Position numbers and translations under genes: made by a program. 64,000 bases of DNA from Moniliella sp. 'wahieum' (Eukaryota): contig RSEE01000083.1 of the NCBI GenBank assembly GCA_003971905.1, positions 62,001-126,000 of the forward strand. The letters run 5' to 3'. Shown here in pieces: positions 24,242 through 37,423 of the stretch (the stretch's first letter is position 1; each line of letters starts with the position of its first letter). A model generated the notes under the pieces. The model made no database searches. It was not told the DNA's origin and saw nothing but the letters and a program-made list of their open reading frames with translations.

Positions 24242-26575
24242 ATGGCCCGCCCTCCCCGCCGCCGCCGGCCCCGCAAGGCCGCTGCCTCCGACTCCGAGTC
24301 CGAGTCCGAGCCCAGCCCCGACCCCACCCCGCCACCCCCCCACCACCCACGGCAGCCCCAGCACCCCGACAAGGACAACGACAACGACGACACCGACAAC
24401 GACAACGACAACGACCTCCCCCAGCGCATCGTCCTCCACCGCCGCCAGTCCCACGGCTCGTCCAAGGGCAAGAGCAAGTACACGTACTCTGTCGATGCGC
24501 CGGGGAGCAAGCTCAATGACCTTGAGCTGGACCAGCTGCCGTTCCTTACGCGTCTGGCTCCTCGCACGCGCCACCACCGGGTGCTGTTCAGCGTCGGCAT
24601 CCTGCTCGGTGCTGCGCTCATGTTCTTCTTTGGCTCGCACGGCATGGACGCGCAAATGCAGACGGCGCTGTCGGTGGTGCAGGACCAGTTTGGGATTGAT
24701 CTCAAGAACATATCGCTCAGCCAGTTTGGGTCGAACGACTTGACGGATATTGGGGATCGACTGTTTGCTGCGCCGAAAGAGTGGTTGCGCAGCAACGACT
24801 TTTCCACGGGCATGGCCCTGGCCAAGCAGGGCTACCGAGCGCACCACCCCGTCGTGCTCGTCCCGGGCATCATCAGTACCGGGCTGGAAAGCTGGTCGAC
24901 GGGGGAAGCCGAGCAGAGCAATTTCCGCAAACGGCTATGGGGCACAGCGACGATGATGCGGGCAATTGTGTTTGACAAGGAAGGGTGGGTGAACCAGATG
25001 CGGTTAGACGAGCAGACGGGTCTCGATCCTGCCGGGTTCCGTGTACGAGCGGCGCAGGGGTTGGATGCCGCGGATTACTTTATTACCGGCTACTGGATTT
25101 GGCAGCGCATCTACCAGAACCTAGCTGCGATCGGGTACGATCCTGGCAACCTCTTTCTAGCTGGGTACGACTGGCGATTGAGCATGGTCAACCTGGAAGA
25201 GCGTGACCGGTACTTTACGCGTCTCAAGCGGCACATTGAGACCAACAAGCGCGATCTCGGGTTGAAGACAGTGCTGGTCAGTCACAGTATGGGCACGACG
25301 GTGATGCTCTACTTTCTCAAGTGGGTTGAAGCGTCTGGACCGAAATTTGGCAACGGCGGACCGCAATGGGTGGAGGAGCACATTGAATCGTTCGTTTCGA
25401 TTGCCGGGACGTGGTTGGCGTGCCGAAAGCCATGGCGGCGCTGTTTACGGGCGAGATGCGGGACACGGTGGAATTGCCACCGCCAGCGGCGTACATTTTG
25501 GAAAAGTTCTTTTCACGGCAAGAGCGGGTGGACTTGATGCGTTCCTGGTCCGGGTCGTCGTCGATGCTGTTGAAAGGTGGGGCGGCGGTATGGGGTGGTC
25601 CGGAGGGTGCGCCGGACGACCCACTCATCTCGTTGCCCAACAGCACTGCCGTCGGTGGCGGCGAATGGAAAGCGGAAAACGTGACGCAAGACCCGTCGCC
25701 TCCAAAGCGAGACGTTTGGCATGTTGTACAACTTTCGTGCCAGCCCGCCACTGTCCAAGGAGGCAAGAAGCGTTGGGACCGTATGCGGTGGAGCGCAACA
25801 TTAGCGCGCAAGATGCCTTGCCGTTCCTCTTGTCCCATGCGCCTTCGTGGTACCAAGAAAGTGTGTATTACAACTACAGCAACGGGATTGAGTACGACGC
25901 GGACAAGATTGCGTGGAATGGAGCGAACGATCCGCGGACATGGACCAACCCATTGGAAGTGGCGCTGCCGTATGCGCCATCGATGAAGTTGGTGTGTCTG
26001 TATGGCGAGGGCAAGCCGACCGAGCGGGCGTATTGGATCGAGCATGGGCCATTCGAGACGCAGGGCGAGGTGGATGACAATGTGGAGTTGGAAGGGGAGT
26101 GCGAGACGTGTCCTGGTCCGAACGGGACGGAAGGCAACTCGACGCAGCAAGCGTTCCCTACCGCTCGGTCGGCGTGGATCGACAGTTCGGTGCATACGCT
26201 TAGTACGGATGGAGTGCTGGGCACGCGGGCTGGGTGCCGTATGGGCGAAGGCGACGGGACAGTTTCGCTGCTTTCGCTGGGTGCGATGGCAGTGGAAGGA
26301 TGGAAACGGAAGCGGTACAACCCGGCTGGAATCAAGGTGATCGTGCACGAAGTCAAGCACCAGCCCAACACGCTGGACCTTCGTGGTGGCACGACGACCG
26401 GGGACCACGTGGACATTCTGGGTTCGTGGTCGGTGAATGAGAATGTGCTCAAAGTTGCGGCGGGACGGGTGGAGGAGATTGAAGATTCCATCTTCTTCCC
26501 CCATCCGCGAGTACGCCCAGAATTTACTGGGACCATCCCCCTCCAGCGCACATCAACGGAAGTGCCACAGCCTAA
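24242..26575 (+). CDS. LRO1: Phospholipid:diacylglycerol acyltransferase (LCAT family PDAT); frameshifted
   Basis: N-terminal transmembrane segment (VLFSVGILLGAALMFFF), HPVVLVPGIISTGLESWS, FRKRLWG, RAAQGLDAAD, YDWRLS, catalytic VSHSMG, GEGDGTVSLLSLG, DHVDILG. Confidence 0.93.
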
Positions 26576-27324
26576 ACCGCATCACCGCATCAACGCATCA
26601 ACGCAGTCCGTCGTCTTGACTTTGTTTGTTTGTTTTTTTCTTTTCTCTCTCTCCGATCTCATCGATCTCATCTCTCATCTCCCATCCTGTTTCCCCCCCA
26701 CTTCATCGTGTCCTTGCTTTTCATTTCATTCTGTCCTTGAGTTGTCTCTCATCTTGTCCTCTTTCCCCTTGTCAATGCGCAATGCAAGCACTGTCCTCCG
26801 TGCCGGACACCCTTTTTTCCTTGTGGTCTTCTACTGTGTGTGCCTTGTGCCTACCATTTCGGGTCCGTTCCTCCGACTCTCTCCCCGCACAAACCCACAG
26901 CTGTCGCCCTCTACCCTGGGCCGAGCCACCCCTCAGATCTCAGATCTCAGATCTCACGTACCATAATGCATAACGACCGTCTGACGATTTACCCCCCCTC
27001 CCCCCTCCCCCCCCGGCCCCGCGTACGCTACGACAAAGCCTCCCTTTAGATCTTAGACCGGTACCCCAGCCTAGGACGTAGAACGACACCGAGAACGACA
27101 AGGAGACCAAAAAAGAAATAAAAGTATACCAACTACCAAACCATCATATACTAGCGTTCCCACAACCGAAGACGAAACTGCGCGCGCGAACCGAGGTAGG
27201 CCTGTTGGGCCCGTAAGTAGGCTGTAGAAACGAAGCCCCAGTAAGATCAGCCGCGAAGGAAAAGCCAACCGAAACTGGCTGCGTACTCTTGTACTCTTGT
27301 ACCCGTAGTACCCGTAGACGGAGC

Positions 27325-30300
27325 TTACGCCCGTGTTCGCCGCGTCACCGAGGCGGTGGGGAGATTTTCCTTGCCTGAGGACGCAGCGGGAGGGGGGAGG
27401 GAGCGGGCTTTAGCGGCGTGGGACTGGACAACACGTTCGACGACGGATGTGCCATCGCGGAAGCGTGCGCGGAAGAGCACGTTGGCATTGGTAAACAAGC
27501 CTTCTTTGAGGGAGACGACGATGAACTGGGATCCGCGGAAACGGTGTTTGAACAGTTGGCCAATATGTTGGGTATGGCTCAAGTCGAGTGCCGCATCAAT
27601 CTCGTCGAGAATGTACATTGGAGCCGGTTTGAACTGGAGCAAGCTCATGATGAGTGACAAGGCAATCAACGACCGTTGTCCGCCCGACAACTCGGTCAAG
27701 GACTGTTTCCACACCGAGCCGAGTTGCACCTTGACTTCCAAGCCTTGCACCAACTCTTGTCCCTCGGCGGCTGCAACTTGGCGTAGTTACCCGGTAACAA
27801 TTCCGCAAAGATCTCGCCAAAGTCGCCATTAACTTTGCGCCACGTTTTTTCCAATGCATCTTTCTTGTACCGGTCCAGTTCGACGATCGTCTCGTTGATC
27901 TTGGCCTTGTCGGCGGAGATTTGGGAGACCATGCGTTTGAGTGCCGTCTCCTTTTTCTCCACACTATCGATCGTACTCATCACGGACGGGTTGACTTTAC
28001 GTGACAAGCCGCGCTGACGTTCCTCCAACGTCGCACACTCAGCCAACACGGTCTTCATATTGGTCGCGGCAAAGTCGTAAGGTCCGGCTGGACGCCAAAT
28101 AGATGCTCGTCCGTAGCGAGCCAAGCAAACTGTTTGCGCAGCGCATCCAAGTGCTTGGTACTGCTCGTCAAATCCGCCTGTAAATTGTCCAGTTCATGGT
28201 CCAGCTGCTTGAGTGCCAACTCGCCATCTGCCACGGCCTGCCGTTTGTCCCTTACCGCATCGCGGAACGAAGCGAATTCCTGGTCGTACGCCGACACGGC
28301 CGCGCGTTCCTCCGCCACGGCCTTTTCGACTTCGGCCACGGTCGCCTGGACCTGGGCCATGCGCGCATCGTGTTCGTCCACCTCGGCCTGGGCCTTGGCC
28401 ACAGCGTCAGCTTGTTGGGCCACCTGTTGTTCCGCCGCTGCGACATCGGCCACCACCTGCTCCAATTGGAGCGTGCGCGTGCGGACCAAGTTGGCTTGGG
28501 TCTTGACTTCTTCGCGAGCGCCCTCGATCCGACATTTGTGACGTTGAATCGTGCTGCGCAACTCGACAATCTTGCCCTCCTTGTCGGCGCCAAACTCATC
28601 GAGCTGTTGTTGAAAGTGGGTGAGGTCAGTGTGCGCCTGAGCCTGGGCCGCTTTGGCTTCTTCCGTTGCGGCGCTGAGTTGTTCCTGGGTCTGCTTGGCT
28701 TGGGCCAGCTCGGTTTCCAGACGGGTGGCCGTGCAGGTATCCAATTGGTCTTGGAGCAATGCCACCGCGTGGGTTTTGCGCTGATGTTCGCGCATCGCGC
28801 CGCCGGTCTGGGCCAAGGCCTGTTCGGCCTGGGTCAGTTGGAGTTCGATCTGGGCCAAGTGGCGTTGAGCGTCAGCCAAGGCGCGCGAGGCGGCATTGAG
28901 TTGTTGGGCTTTGAGCAAGATACCGGCGGTGGAGGGTTTGCTTCCTCCGGACAAGGTGCCCGCTGGGTCGTACACGTCACCGTCCAAAGTTACGCTCTTG
29001 AGGCGAACGGCATGATCAAATGTGACCCGTTTGGCCGTCGCTGCATCGGCGCAGATCAGTGTCGCGCCAAACACGTACTCGAGCGCCTTGGCCACCTCCC
29101 GGTCCGATCCCACCAACGACAAGGCCAAATCCACTTTGCCCGGTGCCAATTGCTGGGCCGCGCCCACTTTTTGTGCGGAAGCGACAAACGCTTGGATCTT
29201 GTTGAGGGGGATGAGGGTCACGCGCTTGCGCAGCTGCCCTTTGCTCAACAATGCACTACCCACCTTCTCGTCCTCCACCACCACATTGTACAGTCGCCCG
29301 CCCGCACAGACCTCCAACGCGGTGGCATACTTGGCCTTTTCGGGGTCGAGGTGAACCAAGTGGGCGACCAAGCCTTTGACCTTGGACCGATCAAAGTTGG
29401 GTGTGGGATCGGTGTAGGAAAAGTCCAAAGCAGACAAGCGGGAAGCCAAGCTTTCGCGTTGTTCAGCCAATTGACTTACTTGAGCGCGAACGCGGTTGCG
29501 TTCTTCCTGTAGCTGCGCTTTGGTTGTAGGATCGACGCCACTGGCTTGCAGCTGATGTGCCAAAGCCTCTACTTCCTTTTGGGCCTGGGCCAGGGTACGT
29601 TGAATCTCAGCCTGTTCCTTGGTAGCTTTCTTGAGAGCCTGTTGTTTGGTGGCTACTTCACGCGCCAAATGTTGTGCCTTCATTTGATGTTGTTGCATCT
29701 CGCTCGCAGCTTGAGCTTCGCGCCGCGCGCATCGGCAATCAACCCCATGTACCCGCCTTGGTTCGCAGCCTTGCCCTGGGCCGAGGACATGCCAGTGGTC
29801 AAGGTCTGCAGCAACTCTTCGTCCTTAGCAAGTTGGTTGAGTGCCTTATCGTGTTCGGTGCGAAGCGTAGAGTAGTGGCGCGTAAGTTCTTCATGTTCCG
29901 ATTGGTTGGTGGCGAGCGTCTTGCGAAGCTCGACCAAGGCCTTTTCCACCGCGGTCGCACGAGCCTGTTCTTCCTTGACCGCAGCCCGTTTAAAGTCACG
30001 ACTGGTTTGGAGTTTGGCCAATTCGTGGGCATGTGCCTTGTTCTGCTCGACCAAGGTGGTGAGCTTGCCACTTTGGTGCGCCTCCTTCTCCCTTTGACGC
30101 TCGATCTTGGCCAGCTCAGTTTCCAGACTGGCAATCTGCTTACGAAGACGGGCGTGTTCGTCGTGCAGGGCCTCGGGCTCGGCCTGCTTGGCGGTCAGGG
30201 CCGCTTGTCGTTCGGTCAAGCGTTTGCGGTGGGTGACCCACTCCCACGCCTTGGCGAGCCGAGTGAGCCGTTCGAGCTCAGACGTCATCTTTTGGTACTC

Positions 30301-31035
30301 GAGAAAACTATGTTTTTCTTGTCGCAGCTTGTCGAGCTTGGGGGTGATCTCCTCGTCGAGCAACTGGATTGCACAGGATTAGCCACAGCCGACCGAGGCC
30401 CAAAACCCCACCCGCACCATCAGATCGAAAAGGGGAAGGGGACGTACAGCATGCATCTCGCGAATCTTCTGGTCCTTTTTAGACATGGTCCGGAGCGCCT
30501 TTTCCTTGCGGTCCTCAAACATGCGCGTGCCGGCCGCTTCCTCAATGAGACTGAGCACCTCGGGGGCTTCATATTGAGCACCTTGGTGATTTTGCCCTGC
30601 ATGATGAGAAAGTTGGGATTGTTAATGTTGAGCTGGACGGACTGGAACATATTCTGGACGGCCTGGAGGGTGGCCTTGTGGCCGTTGATCAAGTACTTGC
30701 TAATGCCGCCCATGGCGATTTGACGCGTGACGGTGATCTGGGCCAAGTTCTCAAACGAGACGGGGGAGGTGGCGCGGTCAGAGTTGTCAAAGACGATGGT
30801 GACGCTGGCCTTGGTGACGCCGGCCTGGCCGCGCTTGTAGATGAGGTCTTGGAGGTTGCTGGCGCGCACGGCGGTGAGGTTGGTGATGCCGAGACAAAGC
30901 AGATGGCGTCGAGGATGTTGGACTTGCCGCTGCCGTTGAGGCCGGTGATGGCATTGAAGCTGGGGTCGAAGCCGCTGACGTGGGTGCGGACGGGTAGGAC
31001 TTGAAGCCGTCGATGATCAGCTCCTCGATGCGCAT
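27325..31035 (-). CDS. SMC2: Condensin subunit SMC2; one intron and several frameshifts
   Basis: [51 protein letters not shown], hinge GGRLYNVVV / [42 protein letters not shown]. Intron ~30447-30364. Confidence 0.97.
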
Positions 31036-31128
31036 CGTGGCGAGAGGAGTGGTGGCCAGGAGGAGGAACGAGGCGGGGCGGAGAGCGACGCGTCGTTCCT
31101 GCCCGAACCAATCAACAACCAACACCCG

Positions 31129-31161
31129 GTCACGTGGCCTAATCCAACCACGTGATGGATT
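31129..31161. promoter_or_regulatory. Paired E-boxes in the 285-bp divergent SMC2 / heme lyase promoter
   Basis: CACGTG at 31131-31136 and 31149-31154; the second is flanked by the inverted repeat aatcca...tggatt. Confidence 0.5.
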
Positions 31162-31320
31162 GAACGTTGCAGCCTGCTGCGCCCAAGGCGTGCTGTCTTC
31201 TGCTGGGTTTTTTTTTGTGGGTTCTTTTGTCAGCAGCCGCCGCCTTCCCGGTCGCAGCCACCCATCCATCCATCCATCCATCCACCCCCACCCCCACCCC
31301 TGCTGCGCCCCCCCCTGGCC

Positions 31321-32477
31321 ATGTCCGTCTTCAACACCGACAACAACTCCAAGACCGTCGCCGCGCTGCTCTACCACCGCGCCCAGAGCGGCATCCAGCC
31401 CACCCCGGGCGACTTTGCCCGCATCCGCCTCGCGCGCGACCTGGACGCGCGCCACAAGGCCCGGCAAGAACGCAGCGCAGCGGCCCAGGCCGCGGGCAGT
31501 GCGCACCGCCATGCCAGCCACGCTCACGCCGCCGACGGCGCCACCCCCCCCCCGGCTGTCCGATGCACAAGCCCGATTCTGCCGCGGCGGGGGCAGGTGC
31601 TGGTGCTGGTGCTGGTGCTGCGTCGGCTCCCGCGTCCCCGCATCGGTCCGCGTTTGCCGCTGCGACGGCCGCGACGGGCAGCATGGGTGCGCCTCCGGCC
31701 GAGGGAGCTTCGGCGTGCCCCGTGCCGCATGAGCAGCGCGAAAAGTACATGTCCGAGAGCAAGTTGGACCCGCGGAATATGCCTACGCTGAGTCAGGACC
31801 GTGCGGCGCACCAAGCGGTGCATCTTTCGACTGAACGTGTCGTGTCGTCCATTCCGCGTTCGCGTACATCTCCTGCGGTTGGAGCGTCACCATACGACCC
31901 TCCTTCGGCGGCGGGGCAATGTCCCGTGGACCATGGCAAGAAACAGGGGGAGGAGCAAGATGCCAACTGGGAGTACCCGTCCGCGCAACAATTTTACAAT
32001 GCGCTTGTGCGGAAAGGATGGGAGACGCCCGAGGAGCATGTGGAAATGATGGTGTTGATTCACAACTTTTTGAATGAGCGAGCGTGGCAAGAGGTGGTCG
32101 AGTGGGAAAAGTTGGCTGGTAGCGATCCGTCGCAATTGGCCTTGACTCGCTTTACAGGACGGCCGGGTACGTTGAGTCCCAAAGCGCGGTACTACCAATG
32201 GCTCGGCTGGCTTCTGCCGTCGAGGTACAATACCGAGCCGCCGTTTGATCGACACGATTGGGTCATCCAGCGTCCTGCGCCGGCCGGATCCGACGGCCCC
32301 GGCGAACAGGTGCGCTATGTGATTGATTACTACGAGGCGCCGTCGGACAACCCCGAGGAAGATGAGGCGGTGTTTAATTTGGACGTGCGCCCGGCGGTGG
32401 ATAGCTTGGCGGCGTTGCGCCTGCGCGCACAAAAGGCGTTTGCCGAGTGGAAGCAGCCCACGACTGCCTCTGCTTGA
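31321..32477 (+). CDS. CYC3: Holocytochrome c synthase (cytochrome c heme lyase, CYC3-like)
   Basis: CP motifs (GCPMH, ACPVPH, QCPVDH), LSTERVVSSIPR, WEYPSAQQFYNALVRKG, IHNFLNERAWQEV, PPFDRHDW, RYVIDYY, LDVRPA. The start at 31321 assumes a frameshift in the poly-C run at ~31543-31553. Confidence 0.9.
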
Positions 32478-32706
32478 TCCTGGCTGTCACGCGTCAGCTC
32501 ACTGTACACTACCATCGCACCACTCCGTTACTTTGCCCCTCCCCCATCCCTTATGCAATGAGACAGCGTGGGTGTTGTAGTTCTGCAGGATGATCAATGA
32601 CAGAGAGAGGATTCATGAAGAGGGCCTGTCCTGACGCTCTCCCCGGGTCCTTGGACGAACGGGGGCAGGGCGAACAGATCAGCTGACCCAAACGAAATGG
32701 CGCACG

Positions 32707-33546
32707 CTAAAACCCGCCCGATGCCGTGACTTTCCACAAGTCGTCGGAGGTAGAGAACGAAAGGAATTAGCACAATGTCTCCTGCCTGTTGGTCGCACGC
32801 CAACGCCGTCGTTCTCACACGAAAGAAAAGAACTGAACGAAAAGAACGAAAACAAGAGAAGAGAAAAGAAAAGAAATGGAAGAAAAACGTACCGCCAATC
32901 GTGTGCAAGTTGTCAATCACGCTCCCCTTGCGCTTTTCCTTAATCTCCTCGGTACCTTGCCGCAGCAACCCCACCGCCAATGGCAGTTGCTTGTCCTGGG
33001 CAAAGATCGCAATGGCCGTGTCGAGGCAATGGCGTGCTCCTTGTCGGGCAACTTGCCTCCGGCCGTCAAGAGTCCCGGTGCCATGACATTGGCGCCGCCC
33101 AAGACGAAGCGAATGGCACCCCTGTCGACTTGGACCGAGGGCATGAGGAACGGGTCTAGCACACCGGCGGGGAAGGGTCAGCGGTAAGGTCAAAAAACAC
33201 AGCGAGGAAGGGGAAGGGAGAGATGCTGGGTTGGGTCGCAGCGGAGGGGGGGGGACGCACACTTGTGGAGAAGGTGAAGTTCAGGGTAGTAAGGGCCATC
33301 GAAGTGTTGGAAGAAGAGGGGCTGCTTGTTGAGCACGAGGATGGAGACGTGTTCGCGACTAAACTTGACGAGCGTGATGGGTTCCTTTGGGCCAGATCTG
33401 TTCCAGCAGCACGCCCTCGTCGGCGCCGAGCGTGTCGGGTACTGCTGGAGCAGCTTGGTGCGGATCGAGCGCTGGACCGACGACTTGACCGCCGTGGAGG
33501 ACGACACGTCGCCCTTGGCCGGCTGGAAGGAGCGGAAGACGGACAT
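32707..33546 (-). CDS. TMA20: Translation machinery-associated protein 20 / MCTS1 (pre-PUA + PUA); two introns
   Basis: [71 protein letters not shown]. Confidence 0.9.
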
Positions 33547-33806
33547 GGCGGGTGCGAGGGAGGAGGCGGGGGGGACCTTGGGTAGGTTGCTGCTCTTGCC
33601 GCAAAGCCAGCTGCTACCTGGGCGTCGCCATTCTTGCCTGCCCCGCCATTCCGCCCCGGGGCGTAATTTCCGCCGCGCCCAACCCAGTGCCGGCCAGCCC
33701 AGGCCCCAGGCTACACCCGCCCAGACCAACGCGTGGCCACGGGCGACCAACAAGCCGTCTCCCCCCTCTCCTCTCCTTCCGAGCCTCAGCACCTCCACCT
33801 GTGCCG

Positions 33807-34788
33807 ATGCAACGCTCTGGCTCGCCCATGTCGCCCGGCTCGCCCATCTACCACCCGGGCTCGCCGCCGCAGGCCTACTCGCCCCAGCGCGCCTTCAGCC
33901 CCGGCTCAGACGCGGGCCCCGCGCCGCGCGGGAAAGGACGGCGCAGCGGTGCCAGCGGCGCCGGACGGCCACGATCGTCACGCGCCAGTGCGGCCGGCTC
34001 CCCCCCGCCTGCGGGACGCGGCAGGCCACGTGGCCGCGGCCGTGGCGGGCGAGCGACGGGGGGCCCGAGCCGTGCTGGTTCGGCGCGTCCGCGTGCACTA
34101 CGGAGCGAAAGTGCGGTGCCGAACGAGGGGGACTCGGATGCGGAGCTGGACGCCGGCGGTGGAGACGGGTCGGTGGTGCCGGAGGGATCGATGGTGCCTG
34201 CTGGTCGCGAGGGCCAGGAGGGTGGGGAGGAGGAAGGCGAGGCGGAAGCGGATGCGGATGCGGACGCAGACGCGGACGCAGAGCCAGACCCAGAGGACCA
34301 GCTGTTGGAAGAAGACGAGTTTTCACTGCAAAAGTCGATTGACATGGAGCGCAAGAAGGTGATGCGGCTGCTGATGGATGCGTTTACGCCCGAGCAGTAC
34401 TCGCGCACGAGGCCTACCGACGCTCGCGCCTGTCGAAGGGATCGGTGCGCAAGGTACGTTTGTGCGGGAGGGGGGCGCCAGGGACGAGGACGAGAGACAG
34501 ACACGCGCTGACGCATGGGGCGGTTGGGGGGGGCAGGTGGTGAACCACACGCTGGCCCAGTCGGCGCCAGACAGCGTGCTGCAGGTGGTGGCGGGGATGG
34601 GGAAGGTGTTTGTGGGCGAGATCACCGAGTCGGCCGGCGGGTGATGCGGGAGCGCGGGGACGAGGGTGCGATCCAGCCGAGCATCTGCTGGAGGCCAACC
34701 GCGCTGGAAGAGAAGCGCGAGCGGCCGGGCATTATCCCCGGCGGGCGTCGGGCGCCCCGGGGCTGGGCAAGCGGCGGCGGCTTTCTGA
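33807..34788 (+). CDS. TAF11: TFIID subunit TAF11 (histone-fold); one intron and frameshifts
   Basis: LLMDAFTPEQYSR / HEAYRRSRL...VRK, intron ~34454-34537, then VVNHTLAQS...VVAGMGKVFVGEITE...IQP / EHLLEA. This matches the TAFII28 pattern. Confidence 0.85.
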
Positions 34789-34969
34789 GGGGGGGGAGTG
34801 ATGTGCCTGTGAATGGGATGTGATGTGGTGATGAGGACTCGTGTCCAGCCTGTACCCCAGGGTTGCAGGCGCATATAGCATAGCGGGTGGTAGGGTTGCG
34901 CTAGGGTTGCGCACGCTCCTGCCGGGCAGCAGCCCGCAGCGTGCGAGTGTTCCGCCACGTCGCCCAGCC

Positions 34970-37423
34970 ATGCCGCCGGCGACGCGTCTGCTCCGCCTCG
35001 CGTGTGCGCTCCCCGCCATGCCCGCCATGCCCCCGCGCGCCCAGCCCGGCCTCGCCGCCTTCTTCCGCACGCCCGCCGAGCAGCCCTCCCGCCCTCCCTC
35101 CGCTCCTTCTTCTCCGGCCCCACCGCCTCCGCCGCCGCCAAGCGCTCCGCCTCCCCGCCCGCGACCGACGCCTCCTCCTCCAAGCGCCCCCGCTCCGCCT
35201 CCCCCTCCTCCAAGCGCTCCCGCTCCGCCTCCCCGACCGCCAAGCCCGCCCAGGAAAATGTCCAGGTGTACGTCTCGTCCCCTTCGCTTCCCCGCCCCAC
35301 CCAGCATGTCTGACCCGTCCCCTTGCCCCCAGCGCCAACATGTTCCTGACCACCGACGCCTCGGCCGCCTCGGCCGCCCCGGCCTCCGCACGCAGGCCAA
35401 GCCCTTCCCTTCTCTGCGCTGGCCGCCACGTTTGCCGCCATCGAAGCGACGACGAAGCGGCTTGAGATTCTGCAGATCCTCTCCCAGCTCTTCCGCCAAG
35501 TCATCGAGGAGAGCCCTGACGACCTGATCAAGGTCGTGTACCTCTGCATCAACCGCATTGCGCCCGAGTACGAGGGCACCGAGCTGGTGTCGGTGAGAGC
35601 ATCCTGATCAAAGCCATTGGTACCTCGACCGGCCGCGAACTGAAAAAGATCAAGGCAGAGCTCGCGCAACTGGGCGACCTCGGTTCGGTGGCCGTCCTGT
35701 CGCGCAAACGGCAGCCGACCATGTTCCGTTCCTCGGCGCTGACTGTGCCCACTGTATTTCCCAGCTGCACGAGCTGGCCAACATGACCGGCAGCAAGAGC
35801 CAAGACCGCAAGATGGGCATCATCACGCGCCTCTTGTCGGCGTGCCAGGGGGACGAGGCCAAGTACTTGATCCGCATGTTGGAGGGCAAGCTGCGGATTG
35901 GGTTGGCGGAAAAGAGTGTGATTACCGCGCTGGGCCAAGCGGCGGTGTATGAGCAAGCGCTGGTGCAAGCGGGCGGGGACAAGAGCGAGTTGGACGTTGG
36001 CTCGTTGGCTCCGGCAGTGGAAAGAGGCGTGGCGGAGGTGCGTGAGGTGTACAGTCAATTGCCTTCGTACGACTTGATCGTGCCTGCGCTCTTGGCGGCG
36101 ATCCGCGACCCGGACAGCACCGGCGGCGTACAAAACTTATCGGCGCACTGCAAGTTGACGCCCGGGGTGCCGCTCAAGCCCATGTTGGCCAAACCCACCA
36201 AGGCCATTGGCGAGGTGCTGGACAAGTTTGAAACAGTGAGTTCACGTGCGAGTACAAGTACGATGGTGAGCGTGCTCAAGTCCACCTCTTACCCGATGGC
36301 TCAATGCGCATCTTTAGTCGTAACAGTGAAGACATGAGTGTCAAGTACCCCGACTTGATCCCGGTCATTCCCAAGATTACCGTGCCGGGCCAACAGGTGA
36401 CGAGCTTTGTGTTGGATTGTGAGGCGGGGCATGGAACATGCCTGAAACGGATGCCGAAGGAACGGTGACCAAACCCGGCCACATCCTCCCGTTCCAAGAA
36501 CTTGCGCGGCGCAAACGCAAGGATGTCAAGGTGGAAGACATCAAGGTGCGGGTCAAGTTGTTCGCGTTTGACCTGCTCTACCTCAACGGCGAAGCTTTGC
36601 TGGGCAAGGAATTGGCGCAACGTCGAGTCCTGTTGCACCAAAACTTCCATGCTGTCCCCAACGAATTTGACTTTGCCACGGCCCAAGACTGTACCTCCAC
36701 CGCGGAAATCCAAGCCTTCCTAGACCAAAGCATCCGGGACAGCTGCGAAGGTCTGATGGTCAAGACGCTCAAGGGCCCCGAGGCGCACTACAAGCCATCC
36801 CAACGTTCTACCAACTGGCTCAAGCTTAAGAAAGACTACTGTGCGTATCCGACCTGCTTTGTTACTTGTGTGCGTATGTTTAGCAAGGCCGAGACTAACC
36901 TGTTGTTGGTTGGGGATGCAGTGTCGGGTGTGGGCGACAGTCTGGACTTGGTCGTGATTGGTGCGTTTTACGGCAAGGGCAAGCGGACGAGCGTGTATGG
37001 TGCGTTCCTCTTGGCCTGCTACGACCCGGACGACGAAGTATGGCAGGCGATCTGTAAGATTGGCACGGGGTTTTCCGAGGAACAGTTGAGCCAGCTGTAC
37101 GACGTGTTAAAGCCGACGGAAGTGAGTGGGAGCAAAGGCTACTATATCCTGGGCGATGCGAAACCCGATGTGATTTTTGAGCCCAAGACGGTATTTGAAG
37201 TCTTGACGGCCGACTTGTCCTTATCGCCTGTGTATGCCGCTGCACGGGGCCTGATTCAGGGCGAGAAGCGCGGAGTCTCACTCCGCTTCCCGCGCTCCTT
37301 CGGCTGCGGGACGACAAGAGCGCAGAGCAGGCCACCTCAGCCGAACAGGTGGCGGAGATGTACCGTGCCCAGCAGTCGGTCCAGAAGAAAAACGCACCGG
37401 CGGTGGAAGATGAGTACTGGTAA
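34970..37423 (+). CDS. CDC9: DNA ligase I (ATP-dependent); introns and frameshifts
   Basis: PIP box [38 protein letters not shown]; catalytic [45 protein letters not shown]. Introns ~35267-35332 and ~36841-36921. Confidence 0.96.

Noticed and set aside
32740..32775. Last TMA20 intron appears to lack an AG acceptor (…ctacctccg|ACGAC), suggesting non-canonical splicing
   Set aside because: Restoring a single A gives the canonical ctccag|, which fits the prevailing deletion errors.
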